A stretch of 64,000 nt of DNA from an uncultured virus (IMG/VR IMGVR_UViG_3300000117_000018) (lineage: Duplodnaviria; Heunggongvirae; Uroviricota; Caudoviricetes). The DNA lies in IMG/VR virus record IMGVR_UViG_3300000117_000018; one strand, written 5' to 3'. The translations under genes were made by a program, and so were the position numbers. Positions 39,068-46,395 of this stretch are shown piece by piece; the first letter of the stretch is position 1; each line of letters opens with the position of its first letter. The notes under the pieces are model-generated. The model did no database searches and was not told the origin of the DNA. It saw nothing but the letters and a program-made list of their open reading frames with translations.

Positions 39068-39665
39068 CTTAAAACCACATTTTACTGGTGCACGATTTGT
39101 GGACCATGATACTATTGAAAGACGTACTCACTGGCAAGCTAGTGGTATTATTGAAAACAAACCTGAATGGGATACTCGTACCGATGAAACAATCTACAAC
39201 CAGACTTACAACTCTATGGCGTGTGAGATTGGAGTTGCGAATGCTTTACCAAATGGTATGCTAAATGAAACTAAGTTTAACCATAAAGATCGAAGCACAT
39301 ATGCTTGGGATGTTAGACAAGGCAATACCAACTTTGAAATCAAATGGATGAGTCTAGAGTCTGATTGGTATTCGTTTATGCCTCAAGTTGTAGATAAAAT
39401 TGTTCGTAACTATGATGCAGGCTATCCTGATTATATTGTTGTTGCTACTAATGTAGCAAGTGGCACTGGCTTTGCAGTCTATCCAAGGTTACTAATCAAC
39501 CCAGCTTCTTTCAAAGAATATGTGACTAAGTCTAAATTTTCAAATTATAAGTCACATTACTATAATCATAAGATGGCTGAGTATGACGGTGAGTGTCAAG
39601 TGTATAATGAAGGTATCATAAAAGAAATGAAAAAAAGTGAAAAAAGTCCTTTACAATACGCATAA
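39060..39665 (+). CDS. Hypothetical protein, possible PD-(D/E)xK nuclease
   Basis: MACE...WDV......FEIKW; start at ATG 39060. Confidence 0.45.
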   Translation: MLNLKPHFTGARFVDHDTIERRTHWQASGIIENKPEWDTRTDETIYNQTYNSMACEIGVANALPNGMLNETKFNHKDRSTYAWDVRQGNTNFEIKWMSLESDWYSFMPQVVDKIVRNYDAGYPDYIVVATNVASGTGFAVYPRLLINPASFKEYVTKSKFSNYKSHYYNHKMAEYDGECQVYNEGIIKEMKKSEKSPLQYA

Positions 39666-39678
39666 ACTATGTTATAAT
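39650..39678 (+). promoter_or_regulatory. Early promoter heading the modification operon
   Basis: TTTACA-17-TATAAT. Confidence 0.75.
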
Positions 39679-39711
39679 ATACTTATAAAATGATAAATGG
39701 AAGGAAATCAA

Positions 39712-39891
39712 ATGTCATATAACTATAAAGTACTTGAATCTGTTCTTAAAAATATTGCTAAGGACGGTTCAACTGAAAACATCTATGATCAAATTGAACG
39801 TCTTACAACTGATGAAATCCGTAAGATGAAAGAACTCTTTGCTATCATGGATCAAGCTGGCTCTGATAAAATTCAACACATGGGAGAATAA
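39712..39891 (+). CDS. Hypothetical protein
   Basis: SD AAGGA before MSYNYK; about 59 aa. Confidence 0.55.
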   Translation: MSYNYKVLESVLKNIAKDGSTENIYDQIERLTTDEIRKMKELFAIMDQAGSDKIQHMGE

Positions 39892-39892
39892 C

Positions 39893-40210
39893 GTGAAATT
39901 CGATAAAGACAAACCACCTATGGCTTTGATTCCTCCTGAAGCACTTTACGAAATTGCTGAAGTATTTGAGTTTGGTGCTAAGAAGTATGGTGTTAACAAT
40001 TGGCGTCGTGATGGCTATTGTACGGAATTTGCTCGTACTTATTCATCCATTCAACGTCATCTTAATGCTTGGTGGTCAGGTGAAGATATTGATCCTGACT
40101 CTGGCAAGTCGCACTTAGCTCATGCCACTACTCAAATGATGATTTTAATGATCCATCAAATGGAACACCCTGAGATGGATGACCGTTATGTTCCAAAGGA
40201 TAAAAAATGA
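39893..40210 (+). CDS. dNTP diphosphohydrolase (DUF5664 / dATP-dGTP diphosphohydrolase-like)
   Basis: KFDKDKP..LIP, GAKKYG..NW, RHL..W..GEDIDPDSG.SHLAHA; GTG start. Confidence 0.8.
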   Translation: MKFDKDKPPMALIPPEALYEIAEVFEFGAKKYGVNNWRRDGYCTEFARTYSSIQRHLNAWWSGEDIDPDSGKSHLAHATTQMMILMIHQMEHPEMDDRYVPKDKK

Positions 40211-40866
40211 GATTGTATACCGTATCAGATATCCGTCAGTACTTTATTGATGAATTACATGACGAAGCCTTTACCGAAGATCGAACCGGCCAGAAGACTA
40301 TTGAGCTTCTCGGCGCTTCCTTCCTTGCCGATGAACCGGCGATCTTCGGTACTGTTAATCAAGACTATGTTGAAGCCGAATTAGAGTGGTACAATTCATG
40401 CTCTACTAACGTAAATGATATTCACCCAGATAAAGATGCTCCAGCCGCTTGGCAGTATGCAGCAAATGATCATGGTGAAATCAATTCTAACTATGGTCAC
40501 CTTATCTATGATGATAAGTTCTACAATCAATACGAACGTGTCTTATGGGAACTCGAAGAAAACCGTGATACTCGTAGAGCTTCAATGATTTACCAACGCC
40601 CTTCAATTTGGGTTGAATTCAATGAAGCTGGTAAGAATGATTTTATTTGTACTAATGCAGTTACCTATTATGTTCGTAATGATGAATTGCAAGCTGTAGT
40701 TCAAATGCGATCTAATGATGTTGTCTTTGGCTATAAGAATGATTATGCGTGGCAGCAAAATGTACTTGAGTCTTTATCACAAGATCTAAATATTGATCCA
40801 GGCTTTATTACTTGGCAGGTACAGAACTTGCATGTTTATGAAAGGCATTTTCATCTTGTCGAATAA
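40207..40866 (+). CDS. gp42: dCMP hydroxymethylase-like (T4 gp42-like, ThyA fold)
   Basis: ELEWY, INSNYG, DFICTN, MRSNDVVFGYKNDYAWQ, LHVYERHF closely match T4 gp42, including the dCMP-specifying Asp. Confidence 0.85.
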   Translation: MRLYTVSDIRQYFIDELHDEAFTEDRTGQKTIELLGASFLADEPAIFGTVNQDYVEAELEWYNSCSTNVNDIHPDKDAPAAWQYAANDHGEINSNYGHLIYDDKFYNQYERVLWELEENRDTRRASMIYQRPSIWVEFNEAGKNDFICTNAVTYYVRNDELQAVVQMRSNDVVFGYKNDYAWQQNVLESLSQDLNIDPGFITWQVQNLHVYERHFHLVE

Positions 40867-41320
40867 ATGGGATATCCGCTATATGGAACTAGCACGTCAA
40901 ATTTCTAGTTGGTCTAAAGATCCATCTAAGAAAATTGGTGCAGTAGTAATTGGTGAGACTGGTCAAGTGCTAGCTCAGGGTTACAATGGATTCCCACGTG
41001 GTGTAAAAGATACAGAGGAGAGATATAACCATCGAGAAACGAAGTATAACTATATAGTACACGCTGAAATGAATGCCATCTTTAATGCAAGTTGGAATGG
41101 TGTTTCACTTAAAGGGTCTACAATATACATTTATGGTTTGCCAGTTTGCCATGAATGTGCAAAGGGGATAATTCAAACTGGCATTAAAAGAGTTGTTATG
41201 TGCTATCCAGAAATGGTACCACATTGGGAAAACTCTACGTCAATCTCCTCATCTATGTTTGATGAGGCTAATGTGAGCTACTCTGACCTCCCAGTCAAAT
41301 CACTCACACAAATAAACTGA
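40856..41320 (+). CDS. cd: dCMP deaminase
   Basis: SKDPS..IGAV, GYNG, HAEMNA, PVCHEC; probable TTG start. Confidence 0.92.
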   Translation: MSNKWDIRYMELARQISSWSKDPSKKIGAVVIGETGQVLAQGYNGFPRGVKDTEERYNHRETKYNYIVHAEMNAIFNASWNGVSLKGSTIYIYGLPVCHECAKGIIQTGIKRVVMCYPEMVPHWENSTSISSSMFDEANVSYSDLPVKSLTQIN

Positions 41321-41338
41321 TATAACAGGAGAAAAATT

Positions 41339-42637
41339 ATGTCAACAACAAAAATTCGAGTCGGTATCGTAGGTATCGGCAACTGTGCAAAGTCTCTCGT
41401 TGAAGGTATTCAATACTATAACGAAAACCCTGATGATACAGTAGGTCTTATGTATCCTGATATCGGCGGCTATCAAGCTAAAGATATTGAGTTTGTTATC
41501 GGCTTTGATGTCGATAGACGCAAAGTAAACCGTCCATTAGCAGAAGCACTTCGTGCTGAACCAAATTGTGCAATGGATCATGTTGCATCAATTGATGATA
41601 CATCTAACGGCTTTGGATGTATTGAACCTGGTGCTATGGTTTACTCTGGTCCTGAATATGACGGTGTTGCACCTCATATGCTTGATTATCCTGAAGAAGT
41701 ATCTTTTAGAACTGGTGCGCAGGGTCACTTATCTTTTGATGAGATTAAAGATCTATTGATTGATCACAAAGTTGATGTTGTGATTAACTATCTTCCAGTT
41801 GGTTCTGAACGGGCATCTGAATTTTATATGGATGCATCTATTAAAGCTGAATGTCATTTTGTAAATTGTATTCCAACTCTTATTTCAACTAAGCAAACTC
41901 AAAGGGTTGAGCAAAAGTTTATTGATGCAGGTCTTACAATTGTTGGATCTGATATGAGATCAGCTTGGGGAGCATCTAGAATGTCTGAAGTACTTCAAGG
42001 TGCGATGCTAGACTCTGGTCTTATGGTTACACAACATATTCAAACTAATATGGCTGCTGGTTCTACTCAAGGACAAGAACATATTAGGACTGGACGTACT
42101 GCTAACACAGACTTCCTCAATATGGCTAAAGTTGAAAGACTACATAATAAGCATATCTCAAAAGAGAATGTATTGAAAGGTCAGAATAGCGTACGTGATA
42201 CTAGTACTGCTGGTATGACTTTGTTTGCTGGTCCTTCACTTACAGTACAGCAAAAGCCTGGTGGAGACTATATTGGCTCTGATCAGAAGATTGCTAACTT
42301 TGATATAGTTGCTTATGGCTTTGGTGGAGCTAGGTATGAAATGACTGCTAGGTTGGCAGTTCAAGACTCACCTAACTCTGGTGGAGTTGTAGTATCGGCT
42401 ATCAGGTTTTGTAAAGTAGCTGCTGAAATGGGTGTTGTTGGTTACCTTCGTGGTCCATCAGCTTGGACACAAAAAACTCCACCACTTCAGCTAAAAACTG
42501 ATGAAGCTAAATCTGAATGTGATGCTTTGGCAAACAGAGAATTAACTGATCTTACTGAAGCTCAGCATATTGATAATGATCCTATTGCTAAAGATCTTCC
42601 ATATACATTCCAAGCTGGAAAAACTGACTATGCGTAA
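41339..42637 (+). CDS. ino1: myo-inositol-1-phosphate synthase (bacterial Ino1-type)
   Basis: IVGIGNCAKSLVEG (NAD), YLPVGS, FVNCIP, NTDFLNM, DSPNSGG, KTPP. Confidence 0.88.
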   Translation: MSTTKIRVGIVGIGNCAKSLVEGIQYYNENPDDTVGLMYPDIGGYQAKDIEFVIGFDVDRRKVNRPLAEALRAEPNCAMDHVASIDDTSNGFGCIEPGAMVYSGPEYDGVAPHMLDYPEEVSFRTGAQGHLSFDEIKDLLIDHKVDVVINYLPVGSERASEFYMDASIKAECHFVNCIPTLISTKQTQRVEQKFIDAGLTIVGSDMRSAWGASRMSEVLQGAMLDSGLMVTQHIQTNMAAGSTQGQEHIRTGRTANTDFLNMAKVERLHNKHISKENVLKGQNSVRDTSTAGMTLFAGPSLTVQQKPGGDYIGSDQKIANFDIVAYGFGGARYEMTARLAVQDSPNSGGVVVSAIRFCKVAAEMGVVGYLRGPSAWTQKTPPLQLKTDEAKSECDALANRELTDLTEAQHIDNDPIAKDLPYTFQAGKTDYA

Positions 42638-43079
42638 TGAGCCTGGAATGATCAACTCGTTTGATATTGATGGTGTGATCTACATGGGGAAGTACGGAGG
42701 CGTCTTCCCCGGACCACACGATATCATTATCACTGGTAGATCAAAAGAAGAAGAGCCAGAGACTTCGGCAATGCTTCTTGATAAAGGTATATCTAATAAC
42801 GTCTATATGAATCCAACACCATTTGATCAAAAGTCAAGAGAAGACTCTGGTAGACATAAAGGAAGAACTCTTTTCTACCTTGAACAAACAGGTATGAGAT
42901 TTGGTATACATTATGAAGATGATCCAGTTCAGGCTGAGATTATCAGAAAAATGATGCCACATATTAATGTGGTATTACTACAACATGATTTAGTTGAAAA
43001 GGAGAACGTAAGGCATGAGTGGAGTAAGTCTTCAGAAATTGAGACAGACGCGGGATCAGTCCAACTTTCGTTATTTTAA
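42630..43079 (+). CDS. HAD-superfamily phosphatase (capless)
   Basis: FDIDGV motif I, ITGRS motif II, K motif III, YEDD motif IV. Confidence 0.8.
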   Translation: MRNEPGMINSFDIDGVIYMGKYGGVFPGPHDIIITGRSKEEEPETSAMLLDKGISNNVYMNPTPFDQKSREDSGRHKGRTLFYLEQTGMRFGIHYEDDPVQAEIIRKMMPHINVVLLQHDLVEKENVRHEWSKSSEIETDAGSVQLSLF

Positions 43080-44097
43080 CAAGTGGGTACTGGAGTTCTT
43101 CCGAAGAGAGGCACTAAGAGAGTCTAATAGACTTGATGAGTATCAGTATTCTGAAGAGTTTGGTCCAGCTATGAGGCAAGAAGTCTCATACTGGAATCCT
43201 AATCGTTCCAAACATGCCGAGGTGTATTGGTTAGAGAATTTTGTCTTTAACCAAAACACTTCAATGAGGAATAAAATCCTTAATGCTATGGCAGTAAAGT
43301 TTGTAGGTATGCCAACACTTACTTTGGTAGCTTCAGACTCTACTGACTATAGTAAGATTATTGACTTTGATGAATATAAACTAAAAGGTGACTATTATCA
43401 TACAATCAATAATAACCTAGACACTAATAAAAATAAAATGAAAGTCTGGGGTGCTACTCAGCTACAGACTAGTTTGCAAACATCAGCACGAAACTTTTGT
43501 AGACAAGAAGATAATGATCCAGATGGCAAGTTTAGATTATCTCATATGATAAGATGGATGGGACATTTAGATGATCTTGGTATGAGTGACGTAGTACAAA
43601 ATCAAAATAACAAACTGGGTGATGTGTGTGATTGGTTTTCTACTCATCGTGGTATTGGCCCGTACTTTTCATATCATCCTCCTTGTAACTTTTCTCGTTG
43701 TGATGATCTACCTAACATTGATGAAGATGATGACTATTGCTTAGTTGGTCCTGGTGCTAAACGAGGACTTGAATATGTATTTCCAGAAGTAAAGTTTAAG
43801 AATAACGAAATCATGGAAGCATATATCTTAGGTGTCAGAGATCACCAACACGAATTTTTTGAAATGACCGATACTGAAGAGCAGTTCTATAGAGACAACT
43901 TAGAACGTGGTGGAAACCTAACTACCTTTGGTACTGAAATCACGTTCTGTCAGTTTAACTGCTTTCTAGGGATTATGGATAATAGCAAAGCTCAGACAAA
44001 GAGGATGTTGCCTCTTACGTTTGATTCATTTGTTGATATTGCAGAAGATCTAAAGAAAAGATTAGCTCCATCACCTCTTGAAGCTTTTATGAATTAG
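43015..44097 (+). CDS. aGPT-Pplase-like DNA base hypermodification transferase (HhH glycosylase fold)
   Basis: HRGIGPYFSY HhH, IDEDDDYCLVGPGAKRGL, EITFCQF. Confidence 0.7.
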   Translation: MSGVSLQKLRQTRDQSNFRYFNKWVLEFFRREALRESNRLDEYQYSEEFGPAMRQEVSYWNPNRSKHAEVYWLENFVFNQNTSMRNKILNAMAVKFVGMPTLTLVASDSTDYSKIIDFDEYKLKGDYYHTINNNLDTNKNKMKVWGATQLQTSLQTSARNFCRQEDNDPDGKFRLSHMIRWMGHLDDLGMSDVVQNQNNKLGDVCDWFSTHRGIGPYFSYHPPCNFSRCDDLPNIDEDDDYCLVGPGAKRGLEYVFPEVKFKNNEIMEAYILGVRDHQHEFFEMTDTEEQFYRDNLERGGNLTTFGTEITFCQFNCFLGIMDNSKAQTKRMLPLTFDSFVDIAEDLKKRLAPSPLEAFMN

Positions 44098-44100
44098 TCC

Positions 44101-44129
44101 TTTACAATTAAGTGAAAGTGTGATATAAT
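44101..44129 (+). promoter_or_regulatory. Early promoter
   Basis: TTTACA-17-TATAAT. Confidence 0.8.
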
Positions 44130-44138
44130 ACTATTATA

Positions 44139-45170
44139 ATGAAAAAAGCTATACTAAATGCCCCGTTCATTCCTGTCGCTACTCGCATGGCATCTCATCG
44201 AGGAGCACAAGGTGCTATCTATGCTGATATGATTAAGCAAACTGGAGTTGATATTACTATCAATTGGTCTGGTAAAATTGAAGATCATAATCAATATGAC
44301 GAAATGTATGTCTATCATGGTAATGACTGGTCTGGCGGGATGAATGTGTTTGGTGGCGTAAAGGGGTTTCCCTACGTAGCTAACACTCGTAACTTCTCAA
44401 AGTTCAAAGGTAAGGTTTACTCTTTGGCTATTGACTTTCCTCCATATCATGAAATGATACAAGAGCGTATTGACAAGGCAAAAGAAAAGGGTAATGAAAT
44501 CCAGCCTGAATGGCTTGAAGTTGATATTGATAACCTTAAACGAATGTATGAAACTGCTGAAACTATTAAAGTAGTAAATCCAACTAACAAGCTTGTAATT
44601 GGTGATAGTCATTCTATATGTATGTACAGGCCAGGTTGGACAGTAAATAGTGTTCCATTCAAAACTCTTAATGGTGCTTTGAATGACGGGCTCGATACTT
44701 ATATCAATAGTTTTGGAGATATTTCTGAACTAGAATGTTACTTTGGCAATATTGATATACGCCATCACTTATGTCGTATTGAAGGTGACCGCCTACAAAA
44801 TACAAGGGATCTAGCAGATAGATATATAACTGCAGTTGAAGCATTACCTATTGAGAATGTTTCAATTTACGAACTATTACCTATTGAGGATATTTCAAGA
44901 AAACTACCAAAGTCTGGTTACTATAAAGACAAACCATACTGGGGTACTTGGGAAGAACGCAATGAGTGCCGTCTTGTTTTTAGAGAGCAATTAGAGAAAA
45001 AAGCTACTAGAACAAAAATCATTCGATGGGTAGACTCTCTTATGAATAAGCAGGGTCAACTTGATTTTGATAAAATGGAAAAACCGCAGTCAATTCATTT
45101 ATCTAGAGCAGCCTATCCGCATTGGACAGGTGAAGAAACGACTGTCAACCTAGAGGAGTTTTTCGGATGA
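44139..45170 (+). CDS. Hybrid protein: T4 beta-glucosyltransferase-like N-domain plus SGNH-like C-domain
   Basis: MKKAILN..YDEMYV..MNVFGG..FSKFKGKVYSLAID resembles the BGT N-domain; GDSH, GNID, QSIH resemble SGNH blocks. Confidence 0.5.
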   Translation: MKKAILNAPFIPVATRMASHRGAQGAIYADMIKQTGVDITINWSGKIEDHNQYDEMYVYHGNDWSGGMNVFGGVKGFPYVANTRNFSKFKGKVYSLAIDFPPYHEMIQERIDKAKEKGNEIQPEWLEVDIDNLKRMYETAETIKVVNPTNKLVIGDSHSICMYRPGWTVNSVPFKTLNGALNDGLDTYINSFGDISELECYFGNIDIRHHLCRIEGDRLQNTRDLADRYITAVEALPIENVSIYELLPIEDISRKLPKSGYYKDKPYWGTWEERNECRLVFREQLEKKATRTKIIRWVDSLMNKQGQLDFDKMEKPQSIHLSRAAYPHWTGEETTVNLEEFFG

Positions 45171-46363
45171 ATTACGCAAGCATAGTTCCACTTATTGGTG
45201 GAGAGACTATTGCCATGCAAAACGTGGCTAATACTAAACCTGAATATATTTTAAGCTATTCAGCTTTTGAAGCTAACGATAGACAACTGGTGGAGTATTA
45301 TGAAAACAAAGTTCCTTACTATCACTTGGATGATGGTGTGCACCGCGATCTTCCTAGTGTCGATGTTATTAACACTGTGTGCCCTTGTGCTGGTCTTAGC
45401 AGCCTTAGTCCTTCAGCATCTTCTACTAATCGTAATAATGATTGGATGCTGGCTACCGCACGTCATGTCTTGGGGAGTCTCAAACCTAAAGTATTCTGGG
45501 GCGAAAACGCACCAAGACTGGCTAGCAAAATGGGAGAACCGATCGTTGAAGAGCTTAGAAGAATTGCAGGCCAAAATGGATACACATTTAGCATTTATAA
45601 AACGAAGTCTATACTTCATGGATTGAGCCAAGTACGGGATCGTACATTCTATTTCTTTTGGCAAGGTGACAAGATCCCTAAGCTTGGTTATGTAGAAAGA
45701 GCTCATGAAAAGATTGAGGATACTATTCGTAATGTTGAATTGCACGAAGACGATCCAATGAATGTTCTTACTAATAAGAAGATTCCAAGTGAGAATCCAT
45801 TCTATAGATATGTTCTTGAAGAAATTGAAGGTGGGATTACACATTCAGAGTTTCAAGATAGGATTGTAAAGAGTACTAATCCACTTGATGAAATTGAAAA
45901 GGCTGGTATTAAGTACAATAAAGTCGGTGAGTGGATGAAAGAAAAAGGATACGAAAACGAAGCAGGCAAATGCACTCGTATGTATCTGAAACTAAAGAGT
46001 GGTGGTAACATTATGCGTAAGACTACTGAGATTCCAAAGGATTACATTGGAGCCTTTGTAGGTCATATGCCATCTTCGCTTACTCACCCAGATGAAGATC
46101 GTTATCTGACTATTCGTGAATGCCTTGCAATTATGAAACTACCAGGTGACTTTATGCTACAGGGCGGACTAAAGAATCTAAATATGATTTGTCAGAACGT
46201 TCCAGTAACTACAGCACAAGATATGGCTGAGCAGGTTCAGTCATTTGTAGCAGGCAGACTTGATAATCAAATGCTGGATACACAGTTTGCCATTCAGTGT
46301 AACAAAACTAAATCAATAAATTATGAAAAAAGTCCTGTACAATTGGACCAATTTATGATATAA
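45167..46363 (+). CDS. C5-cytosine DNA methyltransferase-fold protein (atypical SAM motifs)
   Basis: PCAGLS (IV), ENAP (VI), QVRDR (VIII), RYLTIRE (IX); motif I reads PLIGG and motif X reads CQNVP. Confidence 0.8.
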   Translation: MNYASIVPLIGGETIAMQNVANTKPEYILSYSAFEANDRQLVEYYENKVPYYHLDDGVHRDLPSVDVINTVCPCAGLSSLSPSASSTNRNNDWMLATARHVLGSLKPKVFWGENAPRLASKMGEPIVEELRRIAGQNGYTFSIYKTKSILHGLSQVRDRTFYFFWQGDKIPKLGYVERAHEKIEDTIRNVELHEDDPMNVLTNKKIPSENPFYRYVLEEIEGGITHSEFQDRIVKSTNPLDEIEKAGIKYNKVGEWMKEKGYENEAGKCTRMYLKLKSGGNIMRKTTEIPKDYIGAFVGHMPSSLTHPDEDRYLTIRECLAIMKLPGDFMLQGGLKNLNMICQNVPVTTAQDMAEQVQSFVAGRLDNQMLDTQFAIQCNKTKSINYEKSPVQLDQFMI

Positions 46364-46364
46364 T
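46336..46364 (+). promoter_or_regulatory. Early promoter for uvsX
   Basis: TGTACA-17-TATAAT. Confidence 0.65.
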
Positions 46365-46395
46365 ATACTATATTAATGAAAAGAGGATGAACTAT

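Noticed and set aside
39893..40210. 2-aminoadenine (Z) genome suggested by the dATP/dGTP diphosphohydrolase-like gene
   Set aside because: No PurZ or adenylosuccinate synthetase-like gene in the window; the neighbours point to cytosine modification.
41339..43079. MIPS as a simple auxiliary metabolic gene (compatible solute or phosphatidylinositol)
   Set aside because: No CDP-alcohol phosphotransferase or NTP-transferase partner nearby, and the gene is embedded among DNA-modification genes. Disfavoured but not excluded.
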